A stretch of DNA of 64,000 nt, taken from assembly GCA_030390025.1 (NCBI GenBank), contig CM059427.1, forward strand, positions 43,896,001 to 43,960,000, read 5' to 3'. Below the pieces are notes generated by a model. That model saw only the letters and a program-made list of their open reading frames with translations, had not been told where the DNA came from and made no database searches. The position numbers and the translations under genes were made by a program. The stretch comes from Squalus acanthias. Its lineage: Eukaryota. This document shows positions 37,301 through 49,300 of the stretch, piece by piece (the stretch's first letter is position 1; each line of letters begins with the position of its first letter).

Positions 37301-40300
37301 GGAGGTTGCCATCCTTTCCGCGGTGATGCGTTCATGCGCCAATGTCTCCACAAAGGCTCTGCTCATGTTCGCGATGGACTCCTCCATTTGCTCCACACTC
37401 GCAGTGACCCTGGAGACAAAACCTGCCAGAGACTCCTGCACCTGTTCCTGGAGTTCCAGCATCGCTCTCCTTCTGGTCTGACCCGGAGGCACAGGTTCGA
37501 CATGCAGCTGAGCCGAGCTGGGAGAGTCCTGCGCCCTCCGATGAGGACTCTCCACTGCTGTCCCTGTCTCCACCATCTGCTGATGCTCACTTGTGAGCTG
37601 TGATACACCAGGTGCCAACACTACTCTATCTCGCAAAGGTCCCACCGAGGTGTGAGTGTCTGCGCTGTTGCTGGGTGCGCTGAATTCTGCTGACGCTGCG
37701 CCCTCAGAGGTTGCAGCTTCCTCTGAGGAGTCTTGAGGCTCAGGCTGTTCCTCCTGGACACTGGGGATAGGGGCTGGCGATGGTCCTGTGGGGGAGTAAA
37801 GGAAAGAGTTAGAGATGTGAGGTAAAGGTTGCATGCACATTGAATTGTGCAGATGATCATAAGTCAATCTGTTAGAGCATCAGAATCATTATCAGTCACT
37901 CATGCAATGTCAATGAGAGAGATGCCAAACTATTCTGTCACCAGCTTGCTGTGATGCGCCCGTCTGTCCGTCCCCCACTTGCAAATCTTCCTCGACACCG
38001 GTGATTTCCAGGGCTTCCTCCTCCGAGGTGGTGAGCTGGGCTACTGAGGGTGGCCCTCCTCCTGTCCTCGCTCTTTCCCTCTTATTGTGGGCTCTCTTTT
38101 CCTGCAATGAGGGACACAAGTGGAGTTTGAGTGGGAATGAAGGAGTGAGTGTAGAGAATCCATAGCATAGATGCTTAGGAGGAGTAAATTGTTGTCATTG
38201 CATCACAGTGATAGGGAGTGTGAGGGCTGCATGGTCAAATAGTTAAGTGAATGTGACCATAGAGAGGGAATGGGTAAGGGTGCAGGGATGTAAGTGTCAA
38301 GTAGGATGTGGAGGAAGAGTTTGGCAAAGCAGAGTGTTGGTGAGGAGAGGCGATGGGGATCAGATTGAGGGAGATGGGAAAGTCATACTCACTTTTCCTG
38401 TGCGGAGAAGGTCATGAAACCTCTTCCTGCACTGCAGCCAGGTTCTGCGGCACATAGAGATTGAGTTGACCTCCTGGACCACTTGCATCCACACAGCTTT
38501 AGTCTGCTGGGGAGGCTTTTTCCTCCCTGAGGAAGGGAAGAGCACCTCCTTATTTGATCTTGCTCCCTCCACCAGAGCTTGGAGGGAGGCCTCATCGAAC
38601 CTTGGAGCACACTTTGGCCTACTGCTGGACATAGTTGCTGAATGAAGCGATCACAACAACGGGCATAAAGTTTAAAGTCTCCAGAAGAAGCAAGTCTGCT
38701 TGCAGGCCTTAAATCCAGCAGCATTGATGATGTCATCGGAGGCGACTTTCTGTATGAAAAGACTCATTGGGCCAGGGGTTTCCACACGCTGGAAATCAAG
38801 TGCCCAATTAGGGCAAAATCGCACTTTTTTCCCACTTCACATCGGAGTTGGGGTCCTGACACGAAAACCAACTGACACGCCCCAGCCCGCCCACAATGGC
38901 AAAATCGAGCCAATTAACTCTGTTTCTTTCTCCAAGATGCTGTCTGACCTGCTGAGTATTTCCAGCGTTTTCTGTTTTTATTTCAGATTTCCAGCATCCG
39001 CAGTGCAGCAAACTCTTTCGTATCCGGCACCTGCTGGGCCGGGATGGTGCCGGTTGATGAAAATTTCCGGAAAACAGAGAGGTAGGCAATTTTTAACACA
39101 AAAAAAATAAAAACCACTGACTAGCTTGGCCACCACGGGAAACTTGGACTCGGAAAAATGAAAAATGGATGGATTCGGCAAGATTACCGGTTATCTATTT
39201 TGCCGGTTATTGAAGAATTCCGGATGATTAAGTGCCGTTTAAACAAGAATTTACTGTATTTTGCTTTTGCTTCTGTTGCCTAGGCCCTGAGCTCTGGAAT
39301 TCCCTGCCTAAACCTGTCCGCCTCGTTACCTCTCTTTCCTCCTTTAAGATGCTCCTTAAAACCTACCTCTTTGACTAAGCTTTTGGTCACCTGCCCTAAT
39401 TTATCCTTCTGTAGATCGGCGTCAAATTTTTTGTCTTAAAATACTCCTGTGCAGCGCCTTGGGACGTTTTACTACGTTAAAGGCACCATATAAATACAAG
39501 TTGTTGTAGTATGAGAATGCTATTTAATGGTAGGACCTCAAGTACGAAGGTCTCGGTTTTTTATGTACGCGACTTGCATTTTTGCATATAAGGGCTTGCG
39601 TTATTGCATAATCATATGCAGCCTACTCAATGGTTTTAACACATGCAGCTGACCCCAGTTCAAAAAATGTTGGACATCCCTCTGGTTGACTATTGATTAA
39701 TGAGGCACATGAATGACAGCCTTTTCAGTCAAGTTCTCTCCTTATCCTAGTGCCAGGCTCTAGCCTCCCCTTCCTTCCAAATCCAGGCCCAGCTCACACA
39801 TACAAATCCAACAAGATGACACACCCTAGCTCCCACCACCCAAAGACAGAGACAAGATCATTTCTATAAATCTTGGGGCTCCAAATCAGAAGTTTGTAAC
39901 CCAAGCCTGCCTCCAGGTCTCTTTAGCAGGTAAGAGAAAAAGGAGATGGAATAAATCATCCATGAAAAAAAGGACGAGACAGGCAGAGGCAGAGCCACAG
40001 TAAGATTCAGGCAAAGTGAGCGAGTGACATCAAAGGAGAGTAGGAAGGAGGAGAGAGAACGGGGAGGGGAAAACAAGGAGAGGGGGAGGAAGGGGTGGAC
40101 ACACATATGGATGGTAGTGCCAACACAGGCACAAAGAAGGAGAGAGGCAGAGAGAGACAGACACATACCATGTCAAGCCATGTCACAGCATTTTTTTTAT
40201 TTGTTCCTGGGATGTGGGCGTCACTGGCAAGGTCAGCATTTATTGCCCATCCCTAATTGCCCTTGAGAAGGTGGTGGTGAGCCGCCTTCTTGAACCACTG

Positions 40301-43300
40301 CAGTCCGTGTGGTGAAGGTTCTCCCATAGTGCTGTTAGGGAGGGAGTTCCAGGGTTTTGACCCAGCATTACATGGTACAATGCTCCTGACACTACAAAAC
40401 ACCTTGGGCTGGTTATTAACTCGGAGGCGGGGAGGGAGCGGGTCGAGGGCAGGGGGGTGGGGGTGTATTGAGGTTGGGAATTCCAGAAGAACAGGTTTCA
40501 CCTCAGGCCCTGCCGATTTTAATGGCAGGACTGGATTAACATTTTTTGTCTCCATTGCGCGGCTGCAGCCAGCCAGACAGAGAGGCTGGCTGGTGAGCGG
40601 GTAGGCCTTTGGCACCAGGCCACAGCCGGGGAGCGGAGAAGAGGGAGGGAGGGTTTGGGGAGGCTGGGAGGGCGAGGGGAGGAATATCGGGAGTCCTGAG
40701 ACAAGGGGGGAGATCGGAAGGATCGGAGGTGAGATTGGAGGCCTTGTGGAGGAGATCGAAAGCATCGGAGGGGTAGGTGTCCGATCGCGGGGGGTGGGTG
40801 AAGCAGGTAAGCTGGATCCGGCAGGTAAGTGGAAAGACTCTTAGCTCCTGGATCCAGCAGCCATGCCTCCCTTTAGCTGCCGGGTTAAATTTAAAATGGT
40901 GGTTAAATCTGAGGCTTTGAGCCTCATTATAATAATTAAATTGCCAACCCACCTCCTGTGAGAGGTTTAGTTGCCCACCACACCCCCCAAACCCTCCCCC
41001 CACCCCCCGTCCCGCCTCCGTTAAAACTGGAGTGGGCGGGTTGGAGTCGGGATTCAGATTTTTTAGATTTTTACTTCCCACCCAGCCCCAACCCGCCTGT
41101 TTTTTGGGGTTAAAATTGCCCCCTTGTCCTCCAACTTACTGTGAGCATTACCATAAGGTATCCATTTAGCGAGTATGTGTTTATAAGGTCATTTAAATTG
41201 TTCTAGCATTGAAATAAGCTTTTTTTAAAAAAAAACAGACATTTGCTGAATATTAATTCTTACCAGTGTTGGTTTTGAAAGTCACAACAGCAGCATTGAT
41301 TTCACTCAATTTTTCAATGCTGAAATCACCAGCTTCTTCAATTAATCCAGTGACATTTTCTACCAGTAGGTTCAACATGTCACACGTGATGTTTTCATTC
41401 AGATTTTGCAATACAACAGAAGAGGTTGGTGAAGGAACTTCATTCTTTTCATCTTGGAATTTCACCACTAATGGAACGTTCTCCACTGAATGGATTCCTT
41501 GGCTCAACACTGCCTGAGCATCTTAATAACAAGAATCACAATGTCAGCATATATAGTTAGGTGTGATGTTAGCATACAGACTTTGCTACTTCCCGCCCCT
41601 CAAACGATTATTTAATAGGCCGTATTTTCAGGTGCGTACGAGGTGTGTACACAGCCGTAGTGACCTCGCAAGTGCCGGTTTCAGGCATGCGAAGCATCCG
41701 CACGCAGGAAGCCTCCTATCGGAAATTACGGGCCAATATTGTTTGTAAAAATTCTGCGAAGCTGACATTTTAATACTTTCCAGATCACAAGGTATCCAGT
41801 TTTGATTACTTTGGGTATTTATTCTAACCAAAATAAGGAGATTATGATTTTTTTTCAATTTTTTATAGAGAAGGTGGTAAAATACAATCAGGATTGTAAT
41901 AAGAATCATGATAAACTTTTTGCTGAAGATTTAAAATCTTGATTTTGTTGCTATAACAGCGGCATTGCAATTATTAGCGGTAAAAAAGAAAACCAGGAAT
42001 GCTGGCAATTTAAAACATGCACAGAAAATACTGGAAATAAACAGAAGCTTGATCCACATCTGAACAAGAAAGATAGATTAACTTTTCAGGTGTCCGGATG
42101 AAGGGTTACATCTGAGATGTTAAACCTATCTTTTTCCTTCAAATGCTAATTGACCTGCTATCCGTCTCCATTATTTTCTGTTTATATTTCACCATAATAA
42201 TTTTTTACAACAACATTATGGGGGTGAAATTGGGTGCCTTTGCGCCTCCCGTTAGCACCCCCAGGGGACGCTAATGGGGCACATATGGCTTTGCGACCGG
42301 GCGCGGTGCTGACATCGACTCCTGCCATATTCGGCGGGAGTTTTGTGGCGGCACTACAGCGTTGCGCCCCGATCACCTTCGCCCGGAGATCGTGACGTCA
42401 TCGCCATGCGCATCGCCCCGGTAGCACCCCGGACCCGAAATTCGACCCGCCGGTTGAAAACACCGACAGCTGAAGGAGGCGTGCATCAGGCGGCCGGTCG
42501 CTTCAGGGGCGATGATTAAAGGCGAGGTGGCTGAGGTAAGTAAAAATAAAACTTAACTTTCTTGTTCCGCTTTTTTTCGCGGGTTTCTGCCCGCGATCGA
42601 TCAACCCAGCACTCTACTTGAGTGCTGGGCTGATCGCGCTGGATCGTGGCTGCCTTGGTGATCCAGGTAGGTATTTTTTAAATTACAGAGCCTGCAGCGA
42701 TGGCCCTTCCCTTTAAGGGAGGGAAGGAGCCTTTGAACGTGGTAGCGCTGCACAGCCCAGTGTGCAACGCTGCTGAAGTCTCTGCCCCGCTCTCCAACGT
42801 TAGCGCCCTAAGAAGGAAGTGGAACGCTTGATTTAGCGTTCCACTTCCCTCTCGGGGCGCTAAAACTCAATTTCGCGGTCGCCGGTGCTAAAGTTAGTGC
42901 CCAGGTGATGTTAGCGCCCCAAAATGGTCGATACCAAAATTTGCCCCCTATGACTTCCTTCTGAATTTTTTTTAATGAAAAAGTACTTTGCACTACAGCT
43001 AAGAATAGAAGATTTATTTATCTAAACCAGGGATACTCATTACATCTGTAAGTGTTAACAAGCATCTACTGCTGCTCTCAGTTCCATTCCTTGACCCTGA
43101 TATTGCTGCCGTCTAGATCCTGGCCCTACTCCCGATTTAAATCGCAACTCAATCCCCGGTGATAACCCTATCGCTCCATCCTCCCCATCTGTTGGCAGAT
43201 AACACCAAAGCCATGAGCAAAGGGCCCAACTGCCGACTGTGGGTCTCAAGCAAGTTGTGAAGTGGTGCTCTTCAACCCAGTGAATTGAAATGTGTCCAGT

Positions 43301-46300
43301 TGGCCAGGCTTGGAGCCGTGCTGGATGTGCAGAAGCCCATGACCTGCAGCATTCAGCTCTCCTCTAGCTGATGGCCTTTATGGTGCTGGGGAGGGATCAG
43401 AAGCAAGAACATTTTGTGCCGAGTAAATATTTAACAGCTGTTGTATTTCAGGATCTTGTGAGCACTGACATTATAAAGCAGTTTGCTCAAGACTGAAGTC
43501 GGTGTTTTTGTTGTAATTACAGAAACATCAACATTGTTTCTAAGGTCAACTTGCTCTAAATACTGTAGTATTTGAATGCACAAAAAAATTATTGGGGGTA
43601 GAAAGTGATATGTGTTGCACTTGTTTTTCAGACATAAAACCGGCACAATGCTGACAAATTTAGTAATGGGGCAGCCGCGCATAATCTGCGTGCGTTCTGG
43701 CCATTGCTAAGTTCCCGGGCCACTCCCGGGCAGCCACCTGAAACAGGTGTCAGGCCCCTTGCATATGTTAATTAGAGGCCTAACGCCTGTTAAAGGACCT
43801 TTCTGGAAAATATATTTCCAATGGACAGAGCAAGGGCCGGGTCCCTCCTGCTCAGAATTCTTCAGCAGCCCCTGCAGCTGCCCATGACGGGTAAGTTTTC
43901 CCAAATTTAAATTAAAAAAAAAACCTTCCTGTGGAACCAGCCTGCTCCAACCCCCTCCCGGGGCTCACCTTGAGGTCGCTGCTGGTAAGGCATGCGGCTG
44001 GGCATTTGACATCTTCAATGCTCGAGCTGTGTGTTGAGCTGGTGTGTGAAATGTTAATGAGGCCCGAGGCAAAATTTGGAGCCGGGCTAGGACCTCCCAG
44101 TTGGCCAAATCAGGGCTCGAAATTCGACCGAGATGAATTTCTACCCCATTGTTTCTCCTTGTCTCAACTTCAGACACAGTGAAACAAATATTTTTATCTC
44201 CATATACGGAGAGGTGTAGAAGCAGAGCAGCTGGAAACAAATGCAGCATTTCCAGGAGTCACTGCTTTCAGCAACACGGATGTCAGCTGGAGCAGAATGT
44301 TTTCAGAACATCTCAAGTAACTGCTTCACTGTGTGGTAACTGACAACTTTGTTCATCATGTGTCTCGAATGTTTATAATTGACAATGATTGTCAAACAAG
44401 TGAAACGAACCATTTCATTATCTGGTTTTAGGAGGTTTCAAGTCGTATTAGTTGGAAAAAGAGGAAAGTGCACCTCCCTCTTACACTCTCACACACACAC
44501 TTACACGCATGTATTCGTATTTTGGTTATTTTATCCTCCTCTTGCTCAAATGTCACTGATTTTTTGAATTATTTTGTGTATTAAATGGAGTTGATAATAT
44601 AGTCTTAAAATACAATTAAAATCTCCAAACCTCAGTTTTGCAAACCTCAAGCAAACGCAAGTATCACTTGCATCTATTACAAACACACAGTGGGGAAGCA
44701 TAATGGTAATCCTCTCCTCTACTACCCCTGGGACAGGTCAACCACAGGAAGGGCAGATAAGCACAGGTGGACTACATTCATCTTTCTTGTCACTGGTAAT
44801 TCCACTCACATCATCAATGTTACTTGCTTTTTCATTGTCTAAATATTTTATGTTTATCTGCACAGCATCCATCAGGAAAACACTGTGCACCAGGACAACT
44901 TATGAACCTTCGAACTCAACTTTCCACACCCAATTACGAAAAATATTAGAATTGTTTCATTGAGATGTTTTTTCTTTTTTATCCCAGGCAGGCCATGTCA
45001 CATGTTCTATGCTAGCACTGTATGGCTTTTAGTTCACGTACACATGCCATCTTGCCCAGGGGAAGAGCAGGATGTCTTTGAACATTCAAACCTCAACTTG
45101 TATTCTTGAGTTGATGTTTAACTTTCTTCTAAAAAATACGTGTACCTTTTTCTTTTTTTCGCCATTTGTTTGAAGAATCCCAGTCCTGTTGAAGGACAAA
45201 AATGTTAGCTTTGAAAAGATCAAAAAATATTTTGTGTTGACAATTAATATTAAACCTACATATTGTTCTGGAGTCAGTTGTGTTGTTGCTGTCTGGTCGC
45301 CTCCAGCAGCTGCTTGAGGTACCTCATCTTGTAGAAGTCCGACAGTAATATGAACTTTCCCCTTCTTTTGTAGATCAACTTCATGAACCTTTTTCTCCAA
45401 TACACGCCATCTAACTGAAGAAAACATCAAGAGGATCAGTTATAAATACTAGATTATATTTTAAATCATATACTATGAACACATAGATACTTCAACTTAA
45501 ATGGACTGTAGTAGCAGTCATAAGAACATAAGGAATAGGAGCAGGAGTAGGCCATTCAGACCTTCGAGCCTGCTCCACCATTCAATAAGATCATGGCTGA
45601 TTTTCTACCTCAACTCCACCTTCCCACACTATCCCCATATCCCTTAATTCCCTTAGTATCCAAAAATCTATCGATCTCTGTCTTGAATACACTAAATGAC
45701 TGAGCATTCACAGCTCTCTGGGGTAGAGAATTCCAAAGATTCACAACCCTTTGAGTGAAGAAATTTCTCCTCATCTCAGTCCTAAATGGCTGACCCCTTA
45801 TTCTGAGATTGTGACCCCATGTTCTAGATTCCCCAGCCAGGGGAAACATCCTCCCAGCATCTACCCTGTCAAGCCCCTTAAGAATTTTATATGTTTTAAT
45901 GAGATCACCTCTCATTCTTCTAAACGCTAGGGAATATAGGCCAAGTCTACTCAATCTCTCCTCATAGAACAATCCCCTCATCCCAGGAATCAGTCTAGTG
46001 AACCTCTGTTGCACTCTCTCTAAGGCAAGTATATCCTTCCTTAGATAAGGAGACCAAAACTGTACACAATACTCCAGGTGTGGTCTTACCAAGGCCCTAT
46101 ATGATCAATAAAGTTGTCTTAGCCAGGAACTTCAAATTTCTCAAATGGAAATCAAGAGGGCTACTGATTGCACTCAAAACCTGTGGCTGTTGGGGAAGAA
46201 AATGGTGGGTGGGCAGCCTGCCAGTAAATGTTTGTACTCCTCCAATATCTTGCTATTTCAAAAAGATATTGGGCAAGCAAGAGAGTTTGGCCTTGCAAAC

Positions 46301-49300
46301 AAGAATTTGCATTTATGTAGCACTTTTCACATCCTCAGGACATCCCAAAATGCATCACATCCAATGAAGTACTTTTGAAGTGTAGTCACTGTTGTAATGT
46401 AGGCAAATACAGCAGCCAATTTGAGATTCCAAAAACAGCAATGAGACTGGTGAACAGATAATCTGTGTTCTTTTTTGTGGTGTTGGTTCAAGGATAAATG
46501 TTGGCCAGGACACTGGGAGAACTCCCCTGTTTTTCTTTGAATCGTGCCATGGGATCTTTTACATTCACCTGAACAGGCAGCTGAGATCTCAGTCTCTTCC
46601 AGAAAATTGCCCCTCTGACAGTGCAACACTCCCTCAGTACGGCAGTGAAGCTTACAATTAATAAATACGTTACCACACAACTTTATGGATACACCAGATC
46701 CAAGTGCGCTGGGTTTCAATAACACAAAATTCTGTCCTCGCTATAGAATGCAATAGCTAAACATGATTCAATGATTGCACCTTACAATCTGGCCCTCCTG
46801 GAGGTTAACATAGCGTTGATATCCTGTACACTATGTAGCTCTAGAGAGGCCTGATGATTTTCTACGATACCCACAACCTGGTAAATAAATTGAAGAAGAG
46901 GGTATGACAAAACTTATAAAAATAAGAGAGAATCCGAGAAAATAAGGAAAGAGGTTAAGAAAGGGATAGGAAAGTAAGGAGGGAGTATGAGGAGAGAATC
47001 TAATTTTTTTTTGAAGAACAGTAAAAGAAATTGTTAAATATGAGGTGAGATCCCCGAGAGGAGAGGATGTGGAAATTGGTAGGGCCACTTAACAAGTACT
47101 TTGTTTATTAAAGAGAAGGATATTAGGCAAAAACAAAATACTGCGGATGCTGGAATATAAACAGAAAATGTTGAGAATACTCAGCAAGTCAGGCAGCATT
47201 TGTGTAGAGAGAAACAGTGTTAACATTGGCTTTGAGCCCAAGATCAGCCATGATCTTATTGAATGGCGGAGCAGGCTCGAGGGGCCAAGTGACCTATTCC
47301 TGCTCCTATTTCTTATGCTCAAGTTGATGACCTTTCATCAGAACTGGAAGAAATTAGAGATGTAACAGTTTTTAAGCAAGTACAGAGGCAGGGAAAAGGG
47401 GAGGAGAGGAGGAGGGAGGAAAGAACAAAAGGGAAGGTCTGTGATAGGGTGGAAGGCAGGAGTGATTAAATGTCAACAAAGTTTCTTTGAGGAGGTGACA
47501 GATATAATGGATGGAGGAAATGCAGTGGATGTAGTGTACCTGGATTTTCAGAAAAGCCTTTGACAAGGTACCACACAGAAAGCTACTGGAGAAGACTGAA
47601 GATGTATGGAATTAAGGAAAGGGTAGCTAATATGATTACAAACTGATTAGAAGGGAGGAAACAGAGCAGAAATTAAGGGCCGTTTTCAGAGGGTTGGAAG
47701 TGGGTTATGATGTCCCATAAGATTGAAGTTCACTGTGTACATCAACGATTTGGATACAAGGCTAGAGGGAGTGGTGTCCAAATTTGCAGACAAAATTAAA
47801 ATAGCAGGGACTGTAAATAATTCTGAGGACAAAAGGAATCTGCAAGGGGATATTGACAAGTTGCTGGAATGTGGGAAAAAATGGTAGATGGAATTCAAAG
47901 TCAGTAAATGTGAGGTGGTATATTTTATTAAACAAAATTAGAGATCATAACTTATTTTTCCTCACAAGATAGTGACAGATTCATAGAATAGTATAGCACA
48001 GCTGAAGACCATTTAGCCCATCACGCGTGTGCTGGCTCTCCGAAAAAGCTATCTACTTAGCCTCATTCCTTGTTTTTCCCCTGCAACTTACATTTTCTTT
48101 CTCAACTATTTATCCACTTTGCTTTAAAAACAATTATGGATTCTGCTTCTATCATTGTTTTTAATTGGGAATTTCTTGTCCTAAAAATCTGTGTAAATAA
48201 ATTCTCCTCATCACTGCCTTGATTCTTTTGGTGATGATCTTGTATTGATACCCTCTAGTTACCTTTTCAACCACCAGTGGAAATAAACTTTCCTTATTTA
48301 CCTTATCAAAGCCCTTCACAATTTTGCACACCTCCATGGGATCTCCTCTTAAATTTTCTCTACTCCAGTGAAAAGAGCTCCAGTTTCTCTAGCCTCTCCT
48401 CATAACTAATGCCTATCAATCCCTACTAGACATATGAACAGACTCACAGAGAAGGTAAAGACAGAAAATGTTGGAAACACACAGCAAATCAGTCAGTCGT
48501 TGTGGGGCAAATATTAGTGTCTGTTTTGAGTGTAGACCCCTCTTGAAAACCCTCCTCCCCAAGTGCTGACTGAGCTGCTGTGTGTTTCCAGCTGTTTCAG
48601 TTGTGTTTGTGTTTCAGACTTACAGCACCGACAGTATTTTTCATTTTGTAGGGAAGGAAGTTCTTTTGAAACAATTAACACATTTAAAATGGATCAATAT
48701 ATATTGAGAAGTTGGAATTGTAGTTATAGAGGTGTTAACAAAACTGTTTCATCTTTTCAATCCCCCTCTCCTGCCCATCCCTCACCCCTCCCCCTCACCT
48801 ACGCACCCATTACTCCTCCCCCTCCCCACTCCCTTCTACCATCCCCCTCTCCCCCTGCCCCTCTTCCTCCCATTCCTCCTCCCTTCACCTTCCCCACCCT
48901 TTCCTCCCTCCCCCCTTTCACCTCCCCTTTACCCCCTCCCCTTAAACCCCTCCCCATCCCTTTAACCCCCCCATCCCTCCCCATTAACCCCCCCTCCCCT
49001 CCAAACCCCCCTCCCCTTCCCTTTAAACCCCCCTCACCTCCCCTTCCACCCCCCCTCCCCTTCCAAATCCCCTCGCCTCCCCTTCCCTTTACCCCCCTTT
49101 CCTTTAAACCCCCTCCCATTTACCCCTCCCTCTCTCCCCTTTCCCCGCTCCCTGTCCTTCTACAATCCCCTCCCCTTCTCCCCTCCTCCCCATTCCCCCT
49201 CTCCCCTTCCCCACTTTCCTCCTCCCTACTTCCCCTCCCCCTCCTTCCCCTATCCCCTACCCCCTCCTTCCCCATCCCCTCCCCCTCCTTCCCCCTCCCC

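Larger units (their letters stand above)
32735..38912. mobile_element. PIF/Harbinger DNA transposon (transposase internally deleted, intact Myb gene, nested CR1)
   Basis: Perfect 14-bp inverted repeat gctcgattttgcca / tggcaaaatcgagc; ATT 3-bp TSD; the host Penelope sequence rejoins across it. Confidence 0.9.

Noticed and set aside
44805-44840. Candidate extra mini-exon (tttag..GTGAGT)
   Set aside because: Its phase does not fit, and exon 3 at 45146-45185 already links exons 2 and 4.
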